A DNA stretch of 58,795 nt from an uncultured Bacilli bacterium (GTDB taxonomy: Bacteria; Bacillota_I; Bacilli_A; RF39; UBA660), in NCBI GenBank assembly GCA_947628145.1, contig CANQYU010000002.1:1-58795 (forward strand), written 5' to 3'. Below the pieces are notes generated by a model, which was not told the DNA's origin, ran no database searches, and was given only the letters and a program-made list of their open reading frames with translations. Positions within the stretch are counted from its first letter, which is position 1. Each line of letters starts with the position of its first letter. A program made the translations under genes and the position numbers. This document shows, piece by piece, positions 24,694 to 34,389 of the stretch.

Positions 24694-26328
24694 TTATTCT
24701 CCTCCCATCAAGCTACCACAACTATCATCTTGAGGATGAAGCATACAATTTGTGCATATTCCAAATTTTTCATTATATACATCCTCTCCACCAATAGTGG
24801 TAATAATAAAATCTATAATAGTTGGAATGAAGAAAACTATAATACCCGCGACAACTCTGATAATTAAATTTTTTACAGATTTTTTAATTTCGTCATCTTT
24901 ACTGGCAACTACTGCTTTTCCTAAATCTATAGCTCCAAAAATTATAATAATTAAAGGTACTGCTATTTTAACAAAAAATATTACCCAACCCAAAGCTCGA
25001 AAGGCTCCTAAAATATTTGGTTTTTCGCATAAGGTTGTTGTATTAAAATCAGTATCATTTTCTTTTCCGGTATCGTAAACAGGACTATCATTAGGGTCAT
25101 AAGTTGAATATAGTTTAAAGGTTAAGCAATTAGTATTATAAGTTCCCCAACCAGGTTGCTTATATTGATTATATGCTGATTCGCCTTTAGTACAATTACC
25201 ACTAGTTGACTTAATATCATAATAATATAAAACGTTATTGTCTCCTGTTGTAATGGTAGAGTCTTGGCTGTAAAAGCCATCAACATATAAAGTTGGAACT
25301 TTATTACAATTATAACGAGTTCCATTTATAAAATCAGATGGAGTTAAACTTGAAGCTTTAGTTCCATTTGCGGTTTTATTATAAGAGCAATTTACACTTT
25401 CTTCAGAAACATCGCAAGAAATTTCATAATCAGAGACATCAGTATTTGCTGATTCTAATTTATATTTGCAAGTTACATTTTCTGGTTTTGGGGGAGTAGC
25501 TGGAGTAGTCGGAGTAGTTCCACCTCCACCTGAACCACCAGACCCACCTGAACCTCCACTTTCCGGAGAATCAGATTCAGTTGGACTTCCAACTGGCTTT
25601 AATGCATAAATGCCAGAACCTTGGTTACTTATTTCATATTCGGTTGAACCCATAAAGGCTGCAATATCATCTTTGGCAATTTGAAAGGTATACTTTTTAG
25701 GGATATATCCTTGGCTACCTTGTTCTTCATTAACAGAAAAGGTAGCATTAGCTTGTTCTCCCTCTTTTAATGATATTACTTGAATTTCGGGCTCACTACT
25801 ATTTTCTATTTGTTCAATTTGTAAAGTATCTTTTGATGTATCAAAAGCAATAACAAAACCATTATACATACCTGGAATATCAGTGGTATTAGCATCTTCT
25901 AATAATTTAAGTTCATAACTTCTATACTCTGTGCTGGATTTTGCTAGTGTTACGCGGTAAGCAAATTTAAAATTTTTTTCAAATATTTTTGATACTTGTT
26001 CCGCGGTTATTTTGAGTTCATATTTTATTTCACGCATTCCAACAGATGTTTTAGTAATAGTGAAAAAGAAAAAATTCATTTCTACATTTTTTTTAAGTGC
26101 TCCAGTTTTAGTTGAACTGCCACTCTTGCTAGTATTTATTGTTTCTCCAGCAGGTGGATTTAGTTTGACAGTCATTTGGTTATTATTTCCATTAAATGAT
26201 ATATCAAATAAACCATTATTAGTACTAGCTTTTGCTTTAGAAGTATTATAAATAGCATCAGCGTAACAAATATTTATATTAAATAAAGTAATAATTAGTA
26301 AAAATATAACATACTTTATATTTCTCAT
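24694..26328 (-). CDS. Secreted two-domain protein (beta-rich domain, GGS/TTP linker, Cys-rich domain) anchored by the same C-terminal two-helix hairpin
   Basis: The start is taken at the ATG after RBS GGAGGAG (MRNIKYVIFLLIITLFNINICYADA). The linker is GGSGGSGGSGGGGTTPTTPATPPKP. The C-terminus is ...WVIFFVKIAVPLIIIIFGAIDLGKAVVASKDDEIKKSVKNLIIRVVAGIIVFFIPTIIDFIITTIGG. Confidence 0.8.
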   Translation of the reverse strand: MRNIKYVIFLLIITLFNINICYADAIYNTSKAKASTNNGLFDISFNGNNNQMTVKLNPPAGETINTSKSGSSTKTGALKKNVEMNFFFFTITKTSVGMREIKYELKITAEQVSKIFEKNFKFAYRVTLAKSSTEYRSYELKLLEDANTTDIPGMYNGFVIAFDTSKDTLQIEQIENSSEPEIQVISLKEGEQANATFSVNEEQGSQGYIPKKYTFQIAKDDIAAFMGSTEYEISNQGSGIYALKPVGSPTESDSPESGGSGGSGGSGGGGTTPTTPATPPKPENVTCKYKLESANTDVSDYEISCDVSEESVNCSYNKTANGTKASSLTPSDFINGTRYNCNKVPTLYVDGFYSQDSTITTGDNNVLYYYDIKSTSGNCTKGESAYNQYKQPGWGTYNTNCLTFKLYSTYDPNDSPVYDTGKENDTDFNTTTLCEKPNILGAFRALGWVIFFVKIAVPLIIIIFGAIDLGKAVVASKDDEIKKSVKNLIIRVVAGIIVFFIPTIIDFIITTIGGEDVYNEKFGICTNCMLHPQDDSCGSLMGGE

Positions 26329-26548
26329 AAACTCCTCCATATATATCACAAAAAAATCTTTTTAAAATTAACCATAATAATTATAACAAACTTTATATAA
26401 AAATACTAGTTTATAAATTAAAAAAAAGCATTTTTAATTAGCTTTTTTATTCTAGGATATAAATGCTTGGGGAATTAGTAAAAATTTTTTATTATTGATT
26501 ATTATTTATTTTTGAGTATATAATATATTAGTGTTAGGAGGAAGAGCC

Positions 26549-27931
26549 TTGAAAAAAGATATTAAAGATTACAAAACAATTCATTTTATTGGAATTGGTG
26601 GAGCCAGTATGTATGCCATGGCAGCTCAACTTAAAAGTGATGGTTTAAATATTACAGGTAGTGATATACAAAAGTCAAATAATACCGAATATTTAAAAAG
26701 CATTGGGGTTTCCCTTAGTATTGGTCATAATACCGACTTAGTTAAAAAAGCAGATTTAGTTATTTATACGGCGGCTATTCATGATGGCGACCCTGAACTT
26801 GATTTAGCTCGAGAAATGGGTATTGAAACAATAGAAAGAGCAGCTTTTATTGGGGAATATACTAAAGCTTATGAAAATTTAATTTGTATAAGTGGAACTC
26901 ATGGAAAAAGTACGACGACTAGTATGCTTGCTTCGGTATTTTTAGACGCTGGTTTAGAACCTACTATTCAAATTGGTGGTTCCTTAAAAAAGATTAATGG
27001 TAATTATTATGTAGGTGGAAAAAAATATTTTATTTTAGAAGCGTGCGAATATGTAGATTCTTTCTTACACTTTCATCCAACCGCGGAGATAATTTTAAAT
27101 ATTGATGATGACCATTTAGATTATTTTAAAAATATTGAAAATACTAAAAAATCTTTTCGAAAATATGTTCAATTATTACCTGATAATGGTTATTTAGTAA
27201 TAAATGTTGATGATGAAAATACTAGTAATTTAGTGGCCGGTATTAAAAATGTAACAACTTATGGCATAGAAAATGAAAAAGCCATGGTAAGAGCTAAAAA
27301 TATTAAATTTAATGATATGGGATTTCCTACTTTTGATGTTTATATAAATAAAGAATTTTTTGATACTTTTAGTTTAAGTATTAGAGGAAAACATAATATT
27401 TTAAATGCTTTAGCTACTATTGGAATGGCTAAAAATTATGGAATAGATAAAGAAATTATGGAAAAAAGCTTAAAAGAATTTAAGGGAGTGGGAAGAAGAT
27501 TTGAATATTTAGGAGAATATAAAAAAGCTCATATTTTTGACGATTTTGCTCATCATCCAACTGAAATTGAAGCTACTTATAATTCGGCTAAAAGTATTAA
27601 ACATAGAGAAACATGGGCAGTTTTTCAATCGCATACTTATAGTAGAACTTATGAACATTTAGAAGAGTTTGCAAAAGTATTAGCAAAATTTCAACATGTA
27701 ATTATTTGTGATATATATGCAGCTCGGGAAGAAAATATTTGGAATGTTAAAGAAGATGATTTAGTAAATTTAATTAAAAAAACTAATAAAAATGTATGCC
27801 ATATTGCTACTTATCAAGAAATTGCTAAATATTTAGAAGAACATATTAAAGAAAATGATTTAATCTTAACTATTGGCGCGGGACCAGTTAATAAAGTGGC
27901 CGATATTCTTTTAAAAAATAAAGAAGTCTAG
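26549..27931 (+). CDS. murC: UDP-N-acetylmuramate--L-alanine ligase
   Basis: A likely TTG start lies 7 nt after AGGAGG. Motifs include HFIGIGGASM and GTHGKSTTTSM, and the C-terminal Mur ligase domain is present. Confidence 0.9.
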   Translation: MKKDIKDYKTIHFIGIGGASMYAMAAQLKSDGLNITGSDIQKSNNTEYLKSIGVSLSIGHNTDLVKKADLVIYTAAIHDGDPELDLAREMGIETIERAAFIGEYTKAYENLICISGTHGKSTTTSMLASVFLDAGLEPTIQIGGSLKKINGNYYVGGKKYFILEACEYVDSFLHFHPTAEIILNIDDDHLDYFKNIENTKKSFRKYVQLLPDNGYLVINVDDENTSNLVAGIKNVTTYGIENEKAMVRAKNIKFNDMGFPTFDVYINKEFFDTFSLSIRGKHNILNALATIGMAKNYGIDKEIMEKSLKEFKGVGRRFEYLGEYKKAHIFDDFAHHPTEIEATYNSAKSIKHRETWAVFQSHTYSRTYEHLEEFAKVLAKFQHVIICDIYAAREENIWNVKEDDLVNLIKKTNKNVCHIATYQEIAKYLEEHIKENDLILTIGAGPVNKVADILLKNKEV

Positions 27932-28914
27932 ATTTCTAGACTTTTTATATGGGTTTCATAAGTATTTAAAACATTTAAAAATTCTTCTTCGGTTTTGGTT
28001 TGACAAATTTTTTCTTTATATTTTTTGGCTTCAGGTAAGCCTTTTAAATAATATAGAGCATGGGTTCTAATTTCTAATAATGCTACTTTAGGATTTTTAT
28101 CTTTTTTTAATAATTCATAATGAGTTTTAAGCATAGCTATTTTTTCTTGATAAGTAGGGTTTGGTAATAAAATGTGATTATTTAAATATTCATTACATCT
28201 TTTAAATAACCAGGGATTACCTAAAGCACCTCTTCCAATCATGACGGCATCACATTTAGTATATTCGAGCATTTGTTTAGCTAATTCAGGAGTTGTTACA
28301 TCCCCATTTCCAATAACAGGAATATGGACATTTTCTTTAACTTTTTTAATAATATCCCAATCGGCTTTACCACTATAACCTTGGGCTCTAGTTCGAGCAT
28401 GAATAGCAATAGCTTGAGCTCCATTTTGTTCACATATTTTGGCAACCTCTAAAGCATTAATACTATTTTCATCCCAACCACTCCGAATTTTAACAGTTAC
28501 TGGAACATTTACACTATTTACAACAGCTTTAACTATTTCCCCTATTTTTTCAGGATTTTTTAATAAAGCGCTTCCGGCTTGAGCATGAATAGCTATTTTA
28601 GGAACAGGGCAACCCATATTAATATCTATAATATCCGGTTTCATCGTTTTTTCAACAATTTTAGCCGCTTCAACAAAAGTAGAAAGAGAACTACCAAAAA
28701 TTTGTTGAGCAATAGGTCTTTCTTCATTACTCATTTTTAAAAGCTCAAAGGTTTTTTCATTACCATAAATTAAAGCATTAGAACTAACCATTTCCGCATA
28801 TATTAAACCGGCGCCCATTTCTTTGATTATTTTACGAAAAGAGGTATTTGAAATACCAGCCATGGGAGCTAATACTAATTGATTTTTTATTTCAATATTT
28901 CCAATTTTCCACAT
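27928..28914 (-). CDS. dusB: tRNA-dihydrouridine synthase B
   Basis: Motifs LAPMAGISN, DINMGCP and the TIM-barrel flavin motifs are present. An ATG lies 5 nt after AGGTGA. Confidence 0.9.
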   Translation of the reverse strand: MWKIGNIEIKNQLVLAPMAGISNTSFRKIIKEMGAGLIYAEMVSSNALIYGNEKTFELLKMSNEERPIAQQIFGSSLSTFVEAAKIVEKTMKPDIIDINMGCPVPKIAIHAQAGSALLKNPEKIGEIVKAVVNSVNVPVTVKIRSGWDENSINALEVAKICEQNGAQAIAIHARTRAQGYSGKADWDIIKKVKENVHIPVIGNGDVTTPELAKQMLEYTKCDAVMIGRGALGNPWLFKRCNEYLNNHILLPNPTYQEKIAMLKTHYELLKKDKNPKVALLEIRTHALYYLKGLPEAKKYKEKICQTKTEEEFLNVLNTYETHIKSLEI

Positions 28915-28992
28915 ATAATTCACCTTTTTTTCATAAATAAAGAGAATAAATTAATATTCTCTATAATACTATAAAATTTTAATTAAAGCAAA

Positions 28993-29562
28993 TTAACGCT
29001 CAATTTCGACCTCATCACCTGTATTTAACATAAAGCAATTAGCATCATCTTTATCAATATGAATTTCATAAAAACCATTATCAGAGACTTTAACAAAAGC
29101 TTCCATTGAACCACCTTTATCATTTTCAATTTTTAATTTAACTAAATCTTCATGTTTAAGGCGTAATTCTTTAGCTTTAGCAGGGTTCATATGAATATGT
29201 CTTTCGGCTTGAATACAAGCATTTTCTAAAGTTACCTCGCCTTTTGGTCCAATTAAAGTAATAGTTTCGCTATCTTCTAAATCGCCACTTTGTCTTACAG
29301 GAGGATTTAAGCCTAAAACTATAGCATCACTCCTGGATATTTCAACTTGATTATATTTTCTTAATGGACCAATTAGGCGAACATTTTCAATTGTAGCTTT
29401 AGGACTTTTTAAAGTTACAGTTTGAAAAGATGCAAATTCCCCTATTTGATTTAAAGGTCTTTTAATAGATAAAGGTTCATCAAATAGTTGGTCATAAATT
29501 TCTTTTGTTAAATGAACATGGTGATTACTAATAGCAATAGTACCATAAATTTTTTCTCTCAT
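28993..29562 (-). CDS. pduL: Phosphate propanoyltransferase PduL
   Basis: Duplicated PduL halves carry SNHHVHL and AERHIHM. The start could instead be the GTG at 29571. Confidence 0.85.
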   Translation of the reverse strand: MREKIYGTIAISNHHVHLTKEIYDQLFDEPLSIKRPLNQIGEFASFQTVTLKSPKATIENVRLIGPLRKYNQVEISRSDAIVLGLNPPVRQSGDLEDSETITLIGPKGEVTLENACIQAERHIHMNPAKAKELRLKHEDLVKLKIENDKGGSMEAFVKVSDNGFYEIHIDKDDANCFMLNTGDEVEIER

Positions 29563-29621
29563 TTTAAACACTCTTTTCTATTATTATTTTAACAAAAAAG
29601 CTAAAAAAAAAGAAGCTTTTT

Positions 29622-31079
29622 TTATAAATTCTTCTTAATTTCATTAATTATATCTAATTCATTAAAATAAATTTTTTGGCCTTTTACTTCTTGATATTCT
29701 TCATGGCCTTTACCAACGAGAAGAATTAAATCGCCTTCTTGAGCATTTTTACAAGCATATTTAATTGCTTCTTCGCGGTCGGTTATTTCCATAAAATTAG
29801 CATTTACTTTATTTAAACCTACTTTAATATCATTATTAATAGAGCTTATTTCTTCATCACGAGGATTATCCATTGTAATAATACATAAATCACTTGCTCC
29901 CCCAATAATTTCGCCAAGATTATATCTTCGTTCTTTAGGGCGGTTTCCCCCACCTCCAAAAATACTTACTAAACGTTTAGGATTATAAGCACGAAGAGTT
30001 TTTACTAATTCTTTCATACCATCTTCGGTATGGGCATAATCAATTAAAACTTTATATTTAGGAGTTACAAGAGCGATTTCCATACGTCCACGAACACTTA
30101 CATTTAAAAGAGCTGCTTTTTCTTGATTACGATTTATGCCAATTTTTTCACAAACGGCAATAGCACTTAAAGCATTATAAACATTAAATTCTCCAGGCAT
30201 ACTTATTTTAAATTGGTCATTTACTAAACCAGTGGTCGTAAATTCCGTGCCTAAAAAGTCTTGTTCATTTAAAAATTTTAAAGATTTTACTTTTAAATCA
30301 GAAGCATTATTAATACTATATGTAGTTAAGGGAGCTTTTACCCCTTTTAAAACTTGGTTTAAATAAAGCGAGTCATTATTAATGATAATTTCTTTACTAT
30401 TTAAAAATAATTTATTTTTACAAGCAATATATTCTTCTTGGTTTTCATGTTCTCCAGGACCAATATGGTCAGTCGTTAAGTTAGTTAAAACTCCATAATC
30501 AAAAGTAATACCGGCAAGACGATTTAATTTAAAAGCTTGACTAGATGTTTCCATCACTACATGGGTAATACCAACATCTAGCATATCCCGAAAAGCTTTT
30601 TGAACTTCGTAAGATTCCGGAGTAGTATTATTGGTATGAATTACTTGATTATTATATTTAATACCAATGCTTCCAATAAGACCACATTTAATATTATTTG
30701 CTTCTAAGATAGCTTTAATAATATGAGTAGTAGTAGTTTTACCCGTTGTACCTGTGACTCCGATAGTAACTAATTTAGAAGCAGGATTATTAAAATAATT
30801 AATAGACATATAAGCAAGAGCAATTCTAGTATCTGGTACTTTAATAACTGTAACATCAGCTTCAATAGGAATATTTTTAGAAAGAACAATAACTTGGGCT
30901 TTATTTTTAATAGCACTAGCAATATAATCATGTCCATCATTATTAAAACCAACTAAAGCTATATATATATCATTATTAGTTACTTTTCGACTATCATATT
31001 TGATATCGTTAATTGAAACATCTAAAGAACCTTTAATTAAAGTATAATCAATATTTTTTAAAATTTCTGTTAATTTCAT
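29622..31079 (-). CDS. murE: UDP-N-acetylmuramoyl-L-alanyl-D-glutamate--2,6-diaminopimelate ligase
   Basis: 485 aa with GVTGTTGKTTT and the DNPR motif (MDNPRDE) that indicates meso-DAP specificity. Confidence 0.92.
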   Translation of the reverse strand: MKLTEILKNIDYTLIKGSLDVSINDIKYDSRKVTNNDIYIALVGFNNDGHDYIASAIKNKAQVIVLSKNIPIEADVTVIKVPDTRIALAYMSINYFNNPASKLVTIGVTGTTGKTTTTHIIKAILEANNIKCGLIGSIGIKYNNQVIHTNNTTPESYEVQKAFRDMLDVGITHVVMETSSQAFKLNRLAGITFDYGVLTNLTTDHIGPGEHENQEEYIACKNKLFLNSKEIIINNDSLYLNQVLKGVKAPLTTYSINNASDLKVKSLKFLNEQDFLGTEFTTTGLVNDQFKISMPGEFNVYNALSAIAVCEKIGINRNQEKAALLNVSVRGRMEIALVTPKYKVLIDYAHTEDGMKELVKTLRAYNPKRLVSIFGGGGNRPKERRYNLGEIIGGASDLCIITMDNPRDEEISSINNDIKVGLNKVNANFMEITDREEAIKYACKNAQEGDLILLVGKGHEEYQEVKGQKIYFNELDIINEIKKNL

Positions 31080-31080
31080 T

Positions 31081-31932
31081 TTATTTACCTATAATATGGG
31101 AAACATCAATTTCACTTTCAAATACTGGATAACTTGGACCTTTCATATATAATTCTTGAGTATCAGGAATATATTCTATTTCTAGAGGGCCACCTATTTG
31201 CTCCACGGTACATTTATTTGATGTTAAACCTAAACGGTAGCCAATAACGACCGCGGTAGAACAACCAGTTCCACATCCAATAGTTTCGCCTGTTCCCCTT
31301 TCCCATTCACGAATTTTTAAATAATTTTTATTGATAATTTGGGCAAAAGTTACATTAGTTCTTTTTGGAAAAAGAGTATGATTTTCAATGGCTGGACCAT
31401 ATTTATTAATATCAAAATTAGCTACATCATCAACAAAGATAACTGTATGCGGGTTACCCCAGGATAGTGAACTCATTTTAAAATTTTGATTTAAAATAGT
31501 TACATCTTCCATTATAAATTCTTTTTTAGTAGTATTTACCGGAATTAAGCTAGGAGTAAAGATTGGTTTACCAATATTGGCTTTAATATTTACTACTAAA
31601 CCATTTTCAACAGTTAATTCAATATTTTTAATACCACCTAAAGTTTCCACGGTAAAATTAGTTTTATTAGTTAATTTATGGTCATATACATAACGGCCAA
31701 CACTCCGAAGACCATTTCCACACATTTCAGCCTCGGTGCCATCTGGATTAAAAATTCGCATTTTAAAGTCGGCCACCTCACTAGGACAAATTAAAATCAT
31801 ACCATCACTGCCAATTCCAAAATGATGGTCCGAAACAAACCTGGCAAGTTCATTTAAGTTAGATAATTTTTGATTTATGGCATCAATATAAACATAATCA
31901 TTGCCATAAGCTTGCATTTTGGTAAATTTCAT
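31081..31932 (-). CDS. dapF: Diaminopimelate epimerase
   Basis: 283 aa with FNPDGTEAEMCGNG and the GETIGCGTG catalytic cysteines. Confidence 0.92.
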   Translation of the reverse strand: MKFTKMQAYGNDYVYIDAINQKLSNLNELARFVSDHHFGIGSDGMILICPSEVADFKMRIFNPDGTEAEMCGNGLRSVGRYVYDHKLTNKTNFTVETLGGIKNIELTVENGLVVNIKANIGKPIFTPSLIPVNTTKKEFIMEDVTILNQNFKMSSLSWGNPHTVIFVDDVANFDINKYGPAIENHTLFPKRTNVTFAQIINKNYLKIREWERGTGETIGCGTGCSTAVVIGYRLGLTSNKCTVEQIGGPLEIEYIPDTQELYMKGPSYPVFESEIDVSHIIGK

Positions 31933-31940
31933 AATAATTC

Positions 31941-33119
31941 CTATTCTAAGCTTTGAGCTAAATCGGCAATTATATCCTCAGGAGCCTCAATACCAACTGA
32001 TAAACGAAGCAAAGTATCAGTTATGCCTAAAGCTTCTCTAATTTCTTCTTTAATTTCGGTATGAGTACGACTTACTGGGTGAGTAATTAAAGATTCTACT
32101 CCCCCTAAACTTTCGGCAAAAGTTACAAGTTTAACTTTAGATAAAAGCTTATTAACAGTTTCTATACTATCTACTCTAAAAGAGACCATTCCTCCAAAGC
32201 CAGTAGTCTGTTTTTTAGTGGTATCATAATTAGGATGGTCAGGAAAACCAACATAATATACTTTTTCAACTTTAGGATGATTTCTTAAAAAAGTAGCAAC
32301 TTTTAGAGCATTATCACTATGTTTGTCCATTCTTAAAGCTAAAGTTTTGATACCTCTTAAAAGTAACCAAGAATCCATTGGACCTAAGCCAGCTCCATTA
32401 ATATACATTTGAATTTCTAGTTTATTACCAATTTCTTCATCTTTAACAACTACTATACCGGCAATTACATCATTATGGCCACCTAAATATTTAGTTCCAC
32501 TATGGATAACAATATCGGCACCTAAAGTTAAAGGTTTTTGATAATAAGGAGTTAAGAAAGTATTATCAACAACGACTAAAGCTCCATGTTCATGACCAAT
32601 TTTAGCAATAGCTTCAATATCGGCCACTTTCATCATAGGATTAGTAGGGGTTTCAATAAAAATCATTTTCGTATTAGGTCTAATTGTTTTCTTTAAAAGT
32701 TCTAAATCAGTTAAATCAATACTATCATTATCAATGCCTAGGGGTTGTAATACTTCGTTTACAGCCCGATAAGTTCCCCCATATACATCGTCAGAATAAA
32801 TAATATGTTCTTGGGGTTTTAAAAGAGACATAATTAAAGATACCGCGGCCATGCCAGAGTTAACAGCAAAAGCTCGCTCCCCCTCCTCTAAAATACACAT
32901 AGTTCTTTCTAATTCTTCGCGAGTAGGATTAATACATCGAGAATAATTATAAGGGTCGGTTTTTTCAAGGCCATGATGTTTAAATGTGGCAGTTTGATAA
33001 ATAGGATAACTTATAGCTCCAGTTATGGGGTCTACACCATTAGCTCCATGAACAACCTTTGATTCAAATTTTAAATTTTCTTTACGTTCACAATTTGGAT
33101 AATTATTAAATTGTTTCAT
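31941..33119 (-). CDS. Cys/Met-metabolism PLP-dependent enzyme (cystathionine beta-lyase/gamma-synthase family)
   Basis: The start follows RBS GGAGGT. The SGTKYLGGHND PLP-lysine motif is present, and family-level similarity runs throughout. Confidence 0.85.
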   Translation of the reverse strand: MKQFNNYPNCERKENLKFESKVVHGANGVDPITGAISYPIYQTATFKHHGLEKTDPYNYSRCINPTREELERTMCILEEGERAFAVNSGMAAVSLIMSLLKPQEHIIYSDDVYGGTYRAVNEVLQPLGIDNDSIDLTDLELLKKTIRPNTKMIFIETPTNPMMKVADIEAIAKIGHEHGALVVVDNTFLTPYYQKPLTLGADIVIHSGTKYLGGHNDVIAGIVVVKDEEIGNKLEIQMYINGAGLGPMDSWLLLRGIKTLALRMDKHSDNALKVATFLRNHPKVEKVYYVGFPDHPNYDTTKKQTTGFGGMVSFRVDSIETVNKLLSKVKLVTFAESLGGVESLITHPVSRTHTEIKEEIREALGITDTLLRLSVGIEAPEDIIADLAQSLE

Positions 33120-33242
33120 TTTTACCTCCGTTTTCAAGGACATTTCCTTAAATTAAGTATATCTTAGTACTGAACAAATTGTCAAGTAAATGCCTATTAA
33201 ACTTTACAATTAATTATATGAAAAAGGAGGTTTTATTTATTC

Positions 33243-33806
33243 TTAATTAGAAATATTAAATAACTCATTGATTCGCGCATAAGCTTTAGGAAAATCATCC
33301 ATGGCAAGTTCAATTACATGAGTATTAGATAATTTTTTTATTTCAGGAATAATTGCTTGATAAGTTTCTTGTTGCTTAGTACTATTTTCTAAGCTAAAAG
33401 CTTGATAATTATGATGTACTCTTTTTAATCTTTCGATATAAATATTTATATCTTCTAAATATAAAGATATATAGTATATTTCATAATTTAAATTACCTAG
33501 TTTTTTTAATAATTCTTGATAAACATCCGTATAATCATATTCTTTATAACCTAGTAAAGAATAAACATAATCAGTAAAAAAGGTGCGGTCAAATATAAGA
33601 TTAACATCACTATTTTCAATATTTTTCATATAATCAAGTAAAGCATAATACATGTTTTTACTTTTTTCTTTACCAGTTAAAGTTTTATCTTTATTACCCG
33701 TTAGACGATATAAATTAGAGGCAGGAATATTCTCTCTTAAATAATTAGTTAAGTTGGTTTTACCACATCCTTGGGGTCCTTCAACAATAATACAAATAGA
33801 TTTCAT
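33243..33806 (-). CDS. P-loop nucleoside/nucleotide-kinase-like protein, translationally coupled to folA
   Basis: 187 aa with Walker A EGPQGCGKTN and DRTFF. Its ATG overlaps the folA stop as TAATG. Confidence 0.65.
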   Translation of the reverse strand: MKSICIIVEGPQGCGKTNLTNYLRENIPASNLYRLTGNKDKTLTGKEKSKNMYYALLDYMKNIENSDVNLIFDRTFFTDYVYSLLGYKEYDYTDVYQELLKKLGNLNYEIYYISLYLEDINIYIERLKRVHHNYQAFSLENSTKQQETYQAIIPEIKKLSNTHVIELAMDDFPKAYARINELFNISN

Positions 33807-34288
33807 TATTTTTTTCTCCTTAATAATACATGTTTATATGATATTTCTTCGTTAATTTCTTTTAAAGTTATTCTTTCATAGTCATTTTCGTTAAAATTGG
33901 GAAAGTAAACATCGGCGCTCGGACATTCAGCATTAATTTCCGTAAGTAATAATTCATTTGCAAGAGGCAGAAATAACTTATATATAGTTGCTCCCCCAAT
34001 GATGTAAACATCTTCGTCAACTTCTTGTAAATATTTTACTAAATGATTAAAATCATGAAAAACTTTTATGTCAGGGTTTTCAATATTTTGATGTGTTAAA
34101 ACAAGATGTTTTCGCTTAGGTAATAATTTAGGCAAAGATAAAAAAGTATTATAACCCATCACGATGGGATGATTAAGAGTATGTTCTTTAAAAAAAGTTA
34201 AATCTTCTTTTAAATGCCATATTAATTCATTATTCTTTCCTAATTCTTTATTTTTACCTATGGCGGCAATAATAATTAATTTAGCCAT
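33806..34288 (-). CDS. folA: Dihydrofolate reductase
   Basis: 160 aa with IIAAIGKNKELGKNNELIWHLKEDLTFFKEHT and ...VYIIGGATIY. Confidence 0.9.
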   Translation of the reverse strand: MAKLIIIAAIGKNKELGKNNELIWHLKEDLTFFKEHTLNHPIVMGYNTFLSLPKLLPKRKHLVLTHQNIENPDIKVFHDFNHLVKYLQEVDEDVYIIGGATIYKLFLPLANELLLTEINAECPSADVYFPNFNENDYERITLKEINEEISYKHVLLRRKK

Positions 34289-34389
34289 ATTTTACCCTCC
34301 AATAATTATGCTACAAAAAAAGTCTAATTTTGTCAAGAAGACTTGTTTTATTTATAGCACTCATTTATACTTATAATATGGAGGTTATT

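Noticed and set aside
19134-26530. Integrative conjugative element or prophage remnant carrying the four-gene membrane operon
   Set aside because: No integrase, relaxase, VirB4/VirD4-type ATPase, cell-wall hydrolase, phage structural genes or flanking direct repeats are visible. The flanking rumA-type and murC genes look intact, and composition is not obviously different from the surroundings. It is kept only as one evolutionary origin hypothesis in the findings.
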